Source of the DNA: an uncultured Gemmatimonadales bacterium
Lineage (GTDB): Bacteria > Gemmatimonadota > Gemmatimonadetes > Longimicrobiales > RSA9
Direction: 5' to 3'
Assembly (NCBI GenBank): GCA_963708135.1
Contig: OY970192.1
Span: forward strand, 1,504,001-1,568,000
Length of the DNA stretch: 64,000 nt
The position numbers and the translations under genes are program-made. The notes under the pieces were generated by a model. The model was not told the origin of the DNA and ran no database searches. It was given only the letters and a program-made list of their open reading frames with translations. Positions 1 through 9,079 of the stretch are shown here, piece after piece (position 1 is the stretch's first letter; every line of letters begins with the position of its first letter).

Positions 1-151
1 TCGTGCCGCGCGACCCGGTGGACCGGAATGGCGCCAATGATCCGCGGGAGTCCGGCGCGCCGGAGCGCACAGGGGGCTCCGGGGACGGAGCAACCAGGCG
101 CGACGGGGCCGCGGTCCGGACCGGACGTGGGTGGCCGGAAGGGAGGGAGGC

Positions 152-889
152 GTGAGCGGAGGAGGGGCGGGGCAGCGGGCGCTGGTGATCATCCCGACCT
201 ACAACGAGAGTCAGAACCTGCCGCGCCTCCTGCCGATGGTGCTGGAGCAGGATCCACGTCTCGAAGTGCTGGTCATCGATGACGCCTCGCCCGACGGGAC
301 GGGGGCGGTAGCGGACGAGCTGGCGTCGGCCGATCCTAGAATTCACATCATCCATCGGGCTGGAAAGCTAGGTCTTGGAACCGCTTACATTTCCGGGTTC
401 AAGTGGGGACTGGAGCGCGGCTACGACCTGCTGCTGGAGATGGACGCCGACTTCTCACACGATCCGGGACACCTGCCGCAGTTTCTGGAGGCGGCGCACG
501 ACTACGACGTGGTGCTGGGCTCGCGCTACCTGGACGGGCGCGTGACGGTGATCAACTGGCCAATGGGGCGGCTGCTGCTCTCCTATTTCGCGAACCACTA
601 CGCCCGCCTCGTCACCGGGCTGCCGGTGGCGGATGCGACGGGCGGCTACAAGTGCTTCCGGCAGACGGTGCTGGAGTCGATCGACCTGGACGTGGTGGAA
701 TCGGAGGGCTACGCCTTCCAGATCGAGATGAGCTTCCGTGCGTGGAAGCGCGGCTTCCGGCTGGGCGAGATTCCGATCGTGTTCGTGGACCGGACGCTGG
801 GCGAGTCGAAGATGTCGAAGCGGATCGTGCGGGAGGCGGTCTGGAAGGTCTGGAAGCTGCGCTGGCTGGATCTGGTCGGTCGCTTGTAA
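152..889 (+). CDS. Polyprenol/dolichol-phosphate mannosyltransferase (GT2, Ppm1/Dpm1-like)
   Basis: IIPTYNE, DDASPDGT, KLGLGTAY, MDADFSH, DATGG, GYAFQIE and GESKMS motifs. GTG at 152 follows a GGAGG RBS; the ORF track starts at 131. Confidence 0.9.
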   Translation: MSGGGAGQRALVIIPTYNESQNLPRLLPMVLEQDPRLEVLVIDDASPDGTGAVADELASADPRIHIIHRAGKLGLGTAYISGFKWGLERGYDLLLEMDADFSHDPGHLPQFLEAAHDYDVVLGSRYLDGRVTVINWPMGRLLLSYFANHYARLVTGLPVADATGGYKCFRQTVLESIDLDVVESEGYAFQIEMSFRAWKRGFRLGEIPIVFVDRTLGESKMSKRIVREAVWKVWKLRWLDLVGRL

Positions 890-902
890 GTCGGGGCTCT
901 CC

Positions 903-1544
903 ATGGCGATACACGATCTCCTCTGGGCCTGTCCGGCGTGCGGGACCGAGGGCGGGCTGCGGCCGTGGCGGGGTGGCGAGACCTGCACGGCCTGCGGGAG
1001 GCGCTACCGACAGCTCGGCGGAGGGCGCATCGTTGCCGAGGGAGCGGGGGAGCCCGAGGTCACGCGCGAGGCGGGGGAGTGGGCCGCGCGGCTTCCGGAG
1101 GTGCGTGGCGTCCCCGCCGGCGAGGCGATGGAGGCGGCGGTGCAGCTGCGGCGTGCCGTGGGTGACCAGGTGGTAAAGGTGGCGGGGGAGTACCTCGGCC
1201 GGGTGGAGCGGTTCGGCCCACCCGTGCCCGGGACGCTCCGCCTGACGGCCGATGCGCTCGGATTCATGCCGGAGAGTGGAGGGGAAGAGCTTGCCTGGGG
1301 ACTCGAGGAGCTGACGGCGGTGCAGCTCAGCTCGGGCAGCCTCCAGCTAAAGTTCCGCAGGAAGCCGCTGGCCTCGTTCCGCTTCCGCGACAGCTCGCCA
1401 CGCCTCTGGGAGGCACGCCTCGGGGCCACGCTCCGCGCGCTCTATGCCCGGAGAGGCTGGGGAGAAGTCCGCGAGATGCAGCCACGGATCGCGGTGCGGC
1501 CCGGCTCCGCCACGCCAGGGCCGGAGAGCGCGGGGGACGCGTGA
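903..1544 (+). CDS. Hypothetical protein with N-terminal Zn ribbon (CPACG...CTACG) and probable PH-like C-terminal domain
   Basis: ATG at 903, 13 nt after the upstream stop. The stop overlaps the next start (GTGA). Confidence 0.7.
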   Translation: MAIHDLLWACPACGTEGGLRPWRGGETCTACGRRYRQLGGGRIVAEGAGEPEVTREAGEWAARLPEVRGVPAGEAMEAAVQLRRAVGDQVVKVAGEYLGRVERFGPPVPGTLRLTADALGFMPESGGEELAWGLEELTAVQLSSGSLQLKFRRKPLASFRFRDSSPRLWEARLGATLRALYARRGWGEVREMQPRIAVRPGSATPGPESAGDA

Positions 1545-2188
1545 TCTACCGACTCGCGCAGTGGCTGGCCCGTACGCTCTGGCACCTCCTGGGCCGGGTC
1601 GAGGTGCGCGGGCTGGGGAACGTACCGCCGGACGGGCCGTTCCTGCTCGTCGCCAACCACCTGAGCATCCTCGACCCCATCCTCGTCCAGTCGATGCTGC
1701 CGCGTCCACTCCACACGATGGCCAAGAGCACACAGTTCACGGCGCCGCTCGTCGGCTGGCTGATGGCCACGCACCTGCGTTCCTTCCCGGTGCGCCGCTA
1801 CGAGATCGACCCACAGGCCGTGCGTCTCGTACTGCGGCGCCTGCAGGAAGGAAAGGGCGTCGGCATCTTCATCGAGGGCGAGCGAAGCTGGGACGGACGG
1901 CTCCAGGAGCCGCGCCTCGGCACGCTCCGGCTGCTCCTCAAGGCCGGCGTGCCCGTCATCCCGTGCGGCGTCCACGGAACCTATGGTGTTTGGCCGCGCT
2001 GGGGCCGCCCGAGGCGCTCCCACGTCCGGATCACCTTCGGTGAGCCGCTCCGATTCCCGAAGCTCGACCGCCGGGACGAGCGCGAGGCGCTCCTGGACGA
2101 GACCGGCGAGCGCCTCATGGCCGCGATCCGGGCCTCGATCAACGGTGCCGAGCGCGCCGAGCGGGCTCAGTCGCGGCGCCGCCGGTGA
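1541..2188 (+). CDS. plsC: 1-acyl-sn-glycerol-3-phosphate acyltransferase (PlsC family)
   Basis: NHLSILD (HX4D), FIEGERS and VPVIP motifs. Confidence 0.85.
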   Translation: MIYRLAQWLARTLWHLLGRVEVRGLGNVPPDGPFLLVANHLSILDPILVQSMLPRPLHTMAKSTQFTAPLVGWLMATHLRSFPVRRYEIDPQAVRLVLRRLQEGKGVGIFIEGERSWDGRLQEPRLGTLRLLLKAGVPVIPCGVHGTYGVWPRWGRPRRSHVRITFGEPLRFPKLDRRDEREALLDETGERLMAAIRASINGAERAERAQSRRRR

Positions 2189-2335
2189 CGAGATCCTTCC
2201 ATTTTGGGCGCCGATGCCCGATTGTCATGGCATGAGGACGATCCGCTATCTGGGCGTGCGCTGGCGGCCGGGCAGGGCGGCGGCGTGGGCCGCGGTGGAG
2301 AAGTCGTGGAGTTCTCCACAGCTTTCGCGTCCTCA

Positions 2336-2363
2336 GGTTTACATAATGTATATTATGCGAAGC
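2336..2363. other. dif site (XerC/XerD chromosome dimer resolution)
   Basis: GGTTTACATAA-TGTATA-TTATGCGAAGC has an 11-6-11 structure with the same TGTATA spacer and CATAA/TTATG inner arms as E. coli dif. It is an AT-rich island in very GC-rich DNA, intergenic if ku starts at 2414. Confidence 0.88.
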
Positions 2364-2413
2364 GGACCCGCGGCCACGGCGGCCACCACCACGACGAGTC
2401 TCGAGAGGCAGAC

Positions 2414-3337
2414 ATGCCCCAGACCATCTGGAACGGAAGCCTCCGTTTCGGGCTGATCGAAATACCGGTCAACCTTTTCGCGGCGGAGCGGCCGGCGGCG
2501 GGCCTGCCGATCCAGATGCTGGATGGGCGGGACATGGAGCCGGTGGCATACCGGCGCGTGAACCGGCGGACGGGCGAAGTAGTGCCGTGGGAGGCGGTGG
2601 TTCGCGGATACGAATACGAGGCGGGCCGCTACGTCGTGGTCACGGACGAGGACCTCGAGCGGGCGGATCCGGAGGCGACGCGGGCGATGGAGCTCGTCGC
2701 GTTCGTCGAGCCGGAGGCGATCGAGCCTCCCTACTACGACACCCCGTACTACCTCGTTCCGAGCGAGGCCGAGGCCGCGAGCGGGTATGCCCTGCTGCGG
2801 GAGGCGCTGCGGCGGAGCGGCAAGGTTGGGATCGCGAAGCTGGTGCTGCGGACGCGGCAGCATCTGGCGGCTGTGCTCGTCCGGGGCTCCGTTCTGGTGC
2901 TGGAGCTGCTGCGCTACGCGGCGGAGGTTCGCGAGGCGCGGCTGCCGGGTGTGCCGGGTGAGGATCTCGAGAGTTTGGGTCTGACGCCGGCGGAGGTGGA
3001 GCTGGCGGGGCTGCTCGTGGAACGCATGACGGAGTCGTGGGACCCGGGCGCGTACCGGGACGACTACCGGGACGAGGTACTGGCGGCGCTCTCGAGCAAG
3101 GCGACCGGCGCGCGTCAGGTGCCGGCCCAGGAGCTCCCGCTTGCCGCGACGGCTGCCGCCGTGGGTTCGGCGGCGAACGGGGGCTCGGCCGAGGCCGCGG
3201 AGACGCCGCCTGTGGGGGTGGTGGACCGGATCGGATTGCTGGAGCAGAGCCTCGAGCGGGCGGTCGCGGGCGAGCGGCGTCCGGCCCGGCGGGGCCGCCG
3301 GGCGCTGGGCGAGGTGGCGGCGCGCAGGCCGGCCTGA
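2414..3337 (+). CDS. ku: Ku protein (NHEJ)
   Basis: IWNGSLRFGLIEIPVNL, VVRGYEY, YYDTPYYL and YRDDYR motifs, plus a basic C-terminal tail. ATG 2414 follows a GAGG RBS. Confidence 0.93.
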   Translation: MPQTIWNGSLRFGLIEIPVNLFAAERPAAGLPIQMLDGRDMEPVAYRRVNRRTGEVVPWEAVVRGYEYEAGRYVVVTDEDLERADPEATRAMELVAFVEPEAIEPPYYDTPYYLVPSEAEAASGYALLREALRRSGKVGIAKLVLRTRQHLAAVLVRGSVLVLELLRYAAEVREARLPGVPGEDLESLGLTPAEVELAGLLVERMTESWDPGAYRDDYRDEVLAALSSKATGARQVPAQELPLAATAAAVGSAANGGSAEAAETPPVGVVDRIGLLEQSLERAVAGERRPARRGRRALGEVAARRPA

Positions 3338-5910
3338 TGGGGCTGGAGCGGTACCGGAAGAAGCGGGATTTCGAGCGGACCCCCGAGCCGGCCGGCAGGA
3401 AGGCGCGCCGGCGCGGGGGTCCTCTTTCGTTCGTCGTGCAGCGGCACGCCGCCAGCCACCTGCACTACGATTTCCGGCTGGAGCACGATGGCGTGCTGTT
3501 GAGCTGGGCGGTGCCGAAGGGTCCGAGCATGGATCCGGGCGAGCGCCGTCTGGCGATCCACGTGGAGGACCATCCACTGGAGTACGGGGACTTCGAGGGG
3601 GTGATCCCCGCGGGCGAGTACGGCGGCGGGACGGTCATGGTCTGGGACCGCGGCCGCTGGATTCCCCGCGGCGATCCAGCGGCGGGGCTGCGCAGGGGCA
3701 AGCTCGAGTTCGAGTTGCAGGGCGAGAGGCTGCGCGGCGGCTGGGCGCTCGTCCGGCTGCGAGGCAGGAAGGGGCGCGGCGGCAAGGATGAGTGGCTGCT
3801 CATCAAGGAACAGGATGATCTGGCGGCGCCGGGCAGCGGGGACGCCATCGTGCGCGAGCGGTCCTCGAGCGTCCTGAGCGGACGCAGCATGGAGGAGATC
3901 GCGCGCGCGGAGGACCGCGTCTGGCGCTCGGGCGAGGCGGCGGGAGGAGGCGGCGCGAGTGCCCTGCCGCCGCTGGCCACGGTCGCGGGCGCCCGGCGCG
4001 CCCGGTTTCCCTCCTCGCTCTTGCCGGAGCTCGCCACGCTGGTTTCGGCGGCGCCCGAGGGGGAGGACTGGCTGCACGAGCTCAAGTACGACGGCTATCG
4101 TGTGCTCTCGTTCGTTCGCAACGGGACGGCGACGCTGCGCACCCGGCGTGACCAGGACTGGACGGACCGCTTCCCTCGGATCGCGGCGGAGGCGGCGGCG
4201 CTGCCGATCGAGAGCGCCGTGCTGGACGGCGAGGCGGTGGTGGTAGGTGCGAACGGCCTGACCAGCTTCCAGGGGCTCCAGAACGCGATCGGCTCGGATC
4301 CGAACGCGATCGTCTACTACGCCTTCGATCTTCCCTACCTGAACGGCCACGACCTGAGGCGAGTGCCGCTCGTGGATCGCAAGTCGCTTCTGCGGGCCGT
4401 GCTTCCCTTCTCGTCCGCCGGCGCGCTGCGCTACAGCGACGATGTCCGCGCGAACGGCCCGGCCTTTCACGTGGAGGTGTGCCGGCGCGGCGCGGAAGGC
4501 ATCGTGTCGAAGCGCGCGGCATCGCATTACGAGAGCCGGAGAACGCGTGACTGGGTGAAGGTCAAGTGCTTGTGGCGACAGGAGTTCGTTGTTGTCGGCT
4601 ACACCGATCCTTCAGGGTCGAGGGCCGGGCTCGGCGCGTTGCTGTTGGGAGTGCGGGAGCGGCGGCGCGGCCCGCTCGTGTTCGCCGGCAAGGTGGGCAC
4701 CGGGTTCACCAACTCGCAGCTCGTGGCGCTTCGGAAACGGCTGGACCCACTGGTGCGCAAGAGTTCGCCCGTGGAGGGAGCGCCGCGGGGTGCGGCGGCG
4801 CGGGGCGTGCACTGGGTGCGGCCGGAGCTGGTGGCGGAGGTGGCGTTCACGGAATGGACGAAGGACGGCGTGGTGCGGCACCCGTCGTTCCAGGGGCTGC
4901 GGGAGGACCGCTCCCCGGAGAGCGTGGTGCGGGAGCGGCCGGCGGCGGCTGGAGAGGCGGCGTCGCCCCGGGCGCCGGCGGGAGATGAGGAGATGGCCGA
5001 GGCGAGCGTGGCGGAGGTGCCCGAGCTGGCGGAGGTGCGGTTCACGAGCCCGGACCGCGTGCTGTACGAGACGCAGGGGCTGACAAAGCTCGATCTGGCG
5101 CGCTACTACGCGGCGGTGGCGCAGTGGCTCGCGCCGCTGATCGCGGAGCGGCCGCTGACGCTCGTGCGTTGCCCGCAGGGGGAGCAGCGCGACTGTTTCT
5201 TCCAGAAACACGCGGACGACAGCTTCCCCGAGTCGATCGGACGCGTGGAGATCCGGGAGAAGACCCGCACGCGGACCTATTTCTACGTGGACTCGCTGGC
5301 AGGGATCCTGTCGGTGGTGAACCTTGGCGCGCTGGAGCTGCACACGTGGGGGGCGAGGCGGGACCGGTTGGAGCGGCCGGACCGGCTCGTCTTCGACCTC
5401 GACCCGGATCCGAGCGTCGGCTGGGCGCGGGTGGTGGAAGCCGCGCACGCGGTGCGGCAGACGCTCGCCGCGCTGGGCCTCGAGTCCTTCGCGAAGACGA
5501 CGGGGGGCAAGGGCATCCACGTCGTGGTGCCGCTCGTCCGGCGCACGGACTGGGACGTGGCGTACGGGTTCGCGAAGGGGGTGGCGGAGTCGATCGTCGG
5601 GGCGGCGCCCGACCGCTACACGGCCACAATGTCGAAGCAGAAGCGCAAGGGGAGGATCTTCATCGACTACCTGCGGAACACGCGCGGCGCGACGGCGGTG
5701 GAAGCCTACTCGACGCGAGCGCGTCCGGCGGCGCCGGTGTCGATGCCGGTGGCGTGGGAGGAGGTGACGGAGTCGCTGCGCCGCGACCAGTTCACGGTGG
5801 CGAACGCGGCCGACCACATGGCGCGCCGCACCGCCGATCCGTGGGCCGGAGCGGCGGCGCTGAGGCAGTCGATCACGAAGGGGATGCGCCACGCCGTCGG
5901 CGCGGCGTGA
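3337..5910 (+). CDS. ligD: DNA ligase D (phosphoesterase-ligase-polymerase)
   Basis: YRKKRDF..TPEP and HLHYDFRLE (PE); ELKYDGYR, EGIVSK, WVKVK (ligase); FDLDP, KTTGGKGIHV, IFIDYLRN (PolDom). Coupled to ku by TGATG. Confidence 0.95.
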   Translation: MGLERYRKKRDFERTPEPAGRKARRRGGPLSFVVQRHAASHLHYDFRLEHDGVLLSWAVPKGPSMDPGERRLAIHVEDHPLEYGDFEGVIPAGEYGGGTVMVWDRGRWIPRGDPAAGLRRGKLEFELQGERLRGGWALVRLRGRKGRGGKDEWLLIKEQDDLAAPGSGDAIVRERSSSVLSGRSMEEIARAEDRVWRSGEAAGGGGASALPPLATVAGARRARFPSSLLPELATLVSAAPEGEDWLHELKYDGYRVLSFVRNGTATLRTRRDQDWTDRFPRIAAEAAALPIESAVLDGEAVVVGANGLTSFQGLQNAIGSDPNAIVYYAFDLPYLNGHDLRRVPLVDRKSLLRAVLPFSSAGALRYSDDVRANGPAFHVEVCRRGAEGIVSKRAASHYESRRTRDWVKVKCLWRQEFVVVGYTDPSGSRAGLGALLLGVRERRRGPLVFAGKVGTGFTNSQLVALRKRLDPLVRKSSPVEGAPRGAAARGVHWVRPELVAEVAFTEWTKDGVVRHPSFQGLREDRSPESVVRERPAAAGEAASPRAPAGDEEMAEASVAEVPELAEVRFTSPDRVLYETQGLTKLDLARYYAAVAQWLAPLIAERPLTLVRCPQGEQRDCFFQKHADDSFPESIGRVEIREKTRTRTYFYVDSLAGILSVVNLGALELHTWGARRDRLERPDRLVFDLDPDPSVGWARVVEAAHAVRQTLAALGLESFAKTTGGKGIHVVVPLVRRTDWDVAYGFAKGVAESIVGAAPDRYTATMSKQKRKGRIFIDYLRNTRGATAVEAYSTRARPAAPVSMPVAWEEVTESLRRDQFTVANAADHMARRTADPWAGAAALRQSITKGMRHAVGAA

Positions 5911-5922
5911 AGGCGCTTCCGC

Positions 5923-6624
5923 CTACTTCCTGGCCGCCCCGTCACTCGCCGCGGCCTGCGCCTCGGCGAGCCGCATCTGATAGATGGAGTGCTGGGCCAG
6001 GCTGTCCGGCGTCATCTTCAGGAGCCGCTGGTAAAGCGCGGCGGCGCCGGCTTCGTCTCCCTTCTCGGTCTTGAGCCGGGCGGCGGACTGGAGCGCATCG
6101 CGGCGCTGGTAGTCGAACGGGGCGGTGTCCGCGATATGGAGGTAGCTTGCCTCCGCCTGCTGCCCCTTCCCGTCCGCTTCCTGCGCCGCGGCGACCAGGA
6201 AGGCGGCCGTGGGCCCGAGCGGCGCGTCCAGCTCGGCGGCGAGCGGCCGGGCGACGTTCCCCGCCTGCTGGGCCTTCCCTTCCTCGAGCAGCGTCTGCGC
6301 CAGGATCACGCGGCCCTCGGCCGCGGCCGGCGTCCCCTTGAACTTCTGGACGAAGGTCTCGAGGTCCTTCTCGGCGAGGGCGCGGTTGCCGCTCGCCGCG
6401 GTCTGCCGGATCTCGTTCAGCCGCGCGGCGGCGGTGTCCGCGATGCGCGCGCGGAAGTTCCGGTAGTAGAAGAAGCCGGCGATCAGCATGGCGAGCGCCA
6501 CCGCGGTAACGATCAGGAGCTGGCTGTGGCGGCTCGCCCACGCCGTGGCCTCGAGAGTCCGGGCAACGAAGACGTCCTCCTCCTGGTCCGCGGCGCCGCG
6601 CCGCACGGTCGTATGCTTGGCCAT
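5923..6624 (-). CDS. YfgM-like membrane-anchored TPR protein
   Basis: Single N-terminal TM helix followed by helical TPR-like repeats. ATG at 6624. Confidence 0.7.
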   Translation of the reverse strand: MAKHTTVRRGAADQEEDVFVARTLEATAWASRHSQLLIVTAVALAMLIAGFFYYRNFRARIADTAAARLNEIRQTAASGNRALAEKDLETFVQKFKGTPAAAEGRVILAQTLLEEGKAQQAGNVARPLAAELDAPLGPTAAFLVAAAQEADGKGQQAEASYLHIADTAPFDYQRRDALQSAARLKTEKGDEAGAAALYQRLLKMTPDSLAQHSIYQMRLAEAQAAASDGAARK

Positions 6625-6723
6625 GTCCTGTCGGGATTCTGGACTCGAGGGCTCCGGAACGGCTCCGCCCGCGGACGCGTGCACGTGGCGCGGGCGGAGA
6701 CGGCCGAACTGCCTAACCTGTTG

Positions 6724-6752
6724 AAGTTACCAGGCCTTCGGGGCACCGTCAA
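6724..6752 (-). promoter_or_regulatory. Putative sigma70 promoter of the yfgM-like gene
   Basis: Minus strand reads TTGACG-N17-TAACTT, about 100 nt upstream of the start. Confidence 0.55.
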
Positions 6753-6784
6753 GGCGCCGAAGAAGCGCTTCTCCCGGCGGGGAG

Positions 6785-8932
6785 CTACGCGACTTCGGCC
6801 CCCGTCCGCCCCGGTCGGGCCGGGCCCCGGCGGGCGGACCGGCCGGTGGTGTCCGGCGGGGTCGGAGTCGGCTCTCGCCGGCGCGCGTGGCGGGCTGCCG
6901 CGGGGGTGCCGCCGCGCGTGGTGTCCCGCGCAGGCGCCGGCTTCCGGGTGGTGTCGCGCGGATCCCGTGCCGGCGGGGGCGCCGGGCGCCGCATGGTGTC
7001 GGGCGTGGGCGGTGCAGCGGGGTGCGCGGAGGTGTCGCGCCGGGGCGTGGCCGCCGGTTGGGTGCTCGAGTCGGCCGGGGCGATTGGGCCCGGACTGGCG
7101 GGCGGCGTGGGGGTGGTGGCCCGGTGGATCTCGGCGGCGGTGAGCGGTCCGGAGTGCCGGAAGCGGGGGGCGGGCGGCGTCGCCAGGGGCGGCTTCGGCG
7201 CCCTGCCGTCGAGGGTGAAGGCGAGGAGGGCGTCTCCCATCGGCGTGCCGAGCTGAAAGCTTCCGCCCGCGGCGACCACCACGTACTGCACGCCGCCCAC
7301 GGCGAACGTGATCGGGGGCGCGGCGATGCCGGCGCCGGTGTCGAAGCGCCAGAGCAGGTTTCCGCTGCGGGCATCGAAGGCGTCGAGGGCACCGCTTCCC
7401 TGCCCCACGAACACGAGGCCGCCGGCCGTGGCGAGGGCGCCGCCCTCGACGGGCTCGGGGAGGCGGTGCTCCCATGCGATGCGGCCGGTGGCCAGATCGA
7501 TGGCCGCGACGACGCCCCACTGGTCCTCGCCCGGCAGGTAGCGGAAGGTGCCGCCGAGGCGCATGCCATCATGCTGCTCGTCGAACGGCGTGACCGTGTA
7601 GGCCATGGGCTGGTGACTGCCGACGACGTAGGCGTGGCGCGTGAGCGGCGAGTACGCGGGGGGCGAGAAGTCCGTGCCGCCGTTGGCGCCGGGCAGCATC
7701 CTGGTGCCGGTGGGTGTGGGCGGCGCGAAGAGGTTCTCCTGCGCCACGTAGTTGTCGGAGCGGAGCACGGGGTGGCCGGTGGCGGCGTCGAGGACATAGA
7801 GCCAGCCGGTCTTCCCGGCCACGGCCACGTAGCGGTGGCCATCGACGGTCGCGAGGAAGGGCGCGCTGACGGGGCTCATATCCCAGAGGTCGTGGGGCAC
7901 GAGCTGGGTGAACCAGCGGAGCGTGCCCGCCGTGGCGTCGAGCGCGACGACGGAGCCGGTGTAGAGGTTGTCCCCGGGCCGGATGCCGCCATCCAGGTCG
8001 GGGGAAGGGCTGCCGACGGAGACGAAGAGGGTATGGCTCGCCGGATCGTAGGCGGGGGTGGTGGAGACCGGACCGCCGCCGCGCACCCAGCTTCCGGGGT
8101 AATCCGCGCTGTCGGCCTTCTCCCTGGCAATGTCGCGGTGGAGCGAGGCGCCGAAGGGATCGGTCTCGGACCAGCTCCCCCACCAGCCGTTCGGCGCCTC
8201 GCCGGGAGAGGGGATGGTGTACCACGTCCACAGGATCTGGCCGGTCTGCGCATCGAGGGCGATGACGCGGCCGCGAATGCCGTACTCTCCGCCGCTCAAC
8301 CCCACGATGACGCGTCCATCGGCCGCGAGCGGCGCCATGGTGATGCTGGCGCCCTCGATGCTGTCGGCGACGGGGGCATCCCAGTCGACGCGGCCGGTGT
8401 GGTGATCGAGGGCGATGACGTGACCGTCGAGGGTGGCCACGAACACGCGCTCGCCCCAGGCGGCCACGCCGCGGTTGTTCGGCCCGCAGCAGAGCGGGAC
8501 GGGACGCGTGTGGGGCGCGTACTCCCAGAGCTTCTCGCCGGAGGCGGCGTTCAGGGCGATGACGTGACTGCCGGGAGTGGTGAGATAGAGGACGTTGCCG
8601 ACCACGATCGGCGTGGTCTGGAAGGCGCCGGCGACGCCTGTCTGCTGGATCCAGGCCGGCCGCAGCCGACTCACGTTGGACGTACCAATGGCGTCCAGTG
8701 TGGAGTAGCGTTGGTTCGCGAACGCCCCGCCGTGTACGGGCCAGGCCGTCCCGGCCGCGGAGGCGGTATCGACCAACGCGGCGGTAACGGGCGTAAAGGC
8801 AGCGGGGCGTGCCGTCTCGGCGGTCGTGGCGGTCCGGCCGGGGGCTGCGCCGCCGCCGCACGCGGCGAGGAGAAGCGCGAGGCCGGCAAGCGGGCCGGCG
8901 CGGCGCGGCCGGAGCGCTGGGCTTGACGTCAT
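6785..8932 (-). CDS. PQQ-dependent dehydrogenase (alcohol dehydrogenase type), lipoprotein, with Pro/Ala-rich C-terminal tail
   Basis: Lipobox LLLAAC, QRYSTL, CCGPNNRG vicinal disulfide, GGEYGIRG, PHDLWD, GALATAGGLVFVG and W-docking repeats. Real start is MTSSP at 8932; the longer ORF is antisense read-through over tamA. Confidence 0.88.
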   Translation of the reverse strand: MTSSPALRPRRAGPLAGLALLLAACGGGAAPGRTATTAETARPAAFTPVTAALVDTASAAGTAWPVHGGAFANQRYSTLDAIGTSNVSRLRPAWIQQTGVAGAFQTTPIVVGNVLYLTTPGSHVIALNAASGEKLWEYAPHTRPVPLCCGPNNRGVAAWGERVFVATLDGHVIALDHHTGRVDWDAPVADSIEGASITMAPLAADGRVIVGLSGGEYGIRGRVIALDAQTGQILWTWYTIPSPGEAPNGWWGSWSETDPFGASLHRDIAREKADSADYPGSWVRGGGPVSTTPAYDPASHTLFVSVGSPSPDLDGGIRPGDNLYTGSVVALDATAGTLRWFTQLVPHDLWDMSPVSAPFLATVDGHRYVAVAGKTGWLYVLDAATGHPVLRSDNYVAQENLFAPPTPTGTRMLPGANGGTDFSPPAYSPLTRHAYVVGSHQPMAYTVTPFDEQHDGMRLGGTFRYLPGEDQWGVVAAIDLATGRIAWEHRLPEPVEGGALATAGGLVFVGQGSGALDAFDARSGNLLWRFDTGAGIAAPPITFAVGGVQYVVVAAGGSFQLGTPMGDALLAFTLDGRAPKPPLATPPAPRFRHSGPLTAAEIHRATTPTPPASPGPIAPADSSTQPAATPRRDTSAHPAAPPTPDTMRRPAPPPARDPRDTTRKPAPARDTTRGGTPAAARHARRREPTPTPPDTTGRSARRGPARPGRTGAEVA

Positions 8933-8997
8933 GGCCTTCCTTGCGGGGCGGAGCGGGACGCGCGGTCCCCGAGTGTGCGGGCGGGCGGCTGCCGGGC

Positions 8998-9012
8998 GCA
9001 AGAGGGGTGCCA
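8998..9012 (-). promoter_or_regulatory. Sigma54 (-24/-12) promoter for the PQQ dehydrogenase
   Basis: Minus strand TGGCAC-CCCTC-TTGC, a perfect consensus match 66 nt upstream of the ATG. Confidence 0.7.
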
Positions 9013-9033
9013 TGGTCGGGGCCGGCCGGGAGG

Positions 9034-9048
9034 TGGCGTATGGCTTGC
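9034..9048 (+). promoter_or_regulatory. Putative sigma54 promoter for tamAB
   Basis: TGGCGT-ATGGC-TTGC, about 30 nt upstream of ATG 9080. Confidence 0.5.
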
Positions 9049-9079
9049 GTGGCACGCCACGCCGTGAAAGCCTTTGAAC

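Noticed and set aside
2204..2413. N-terminal extension of the Ku ORF
   Set aside because: It runs through the dif site. Ku similarity and the RBS begin at 2414.
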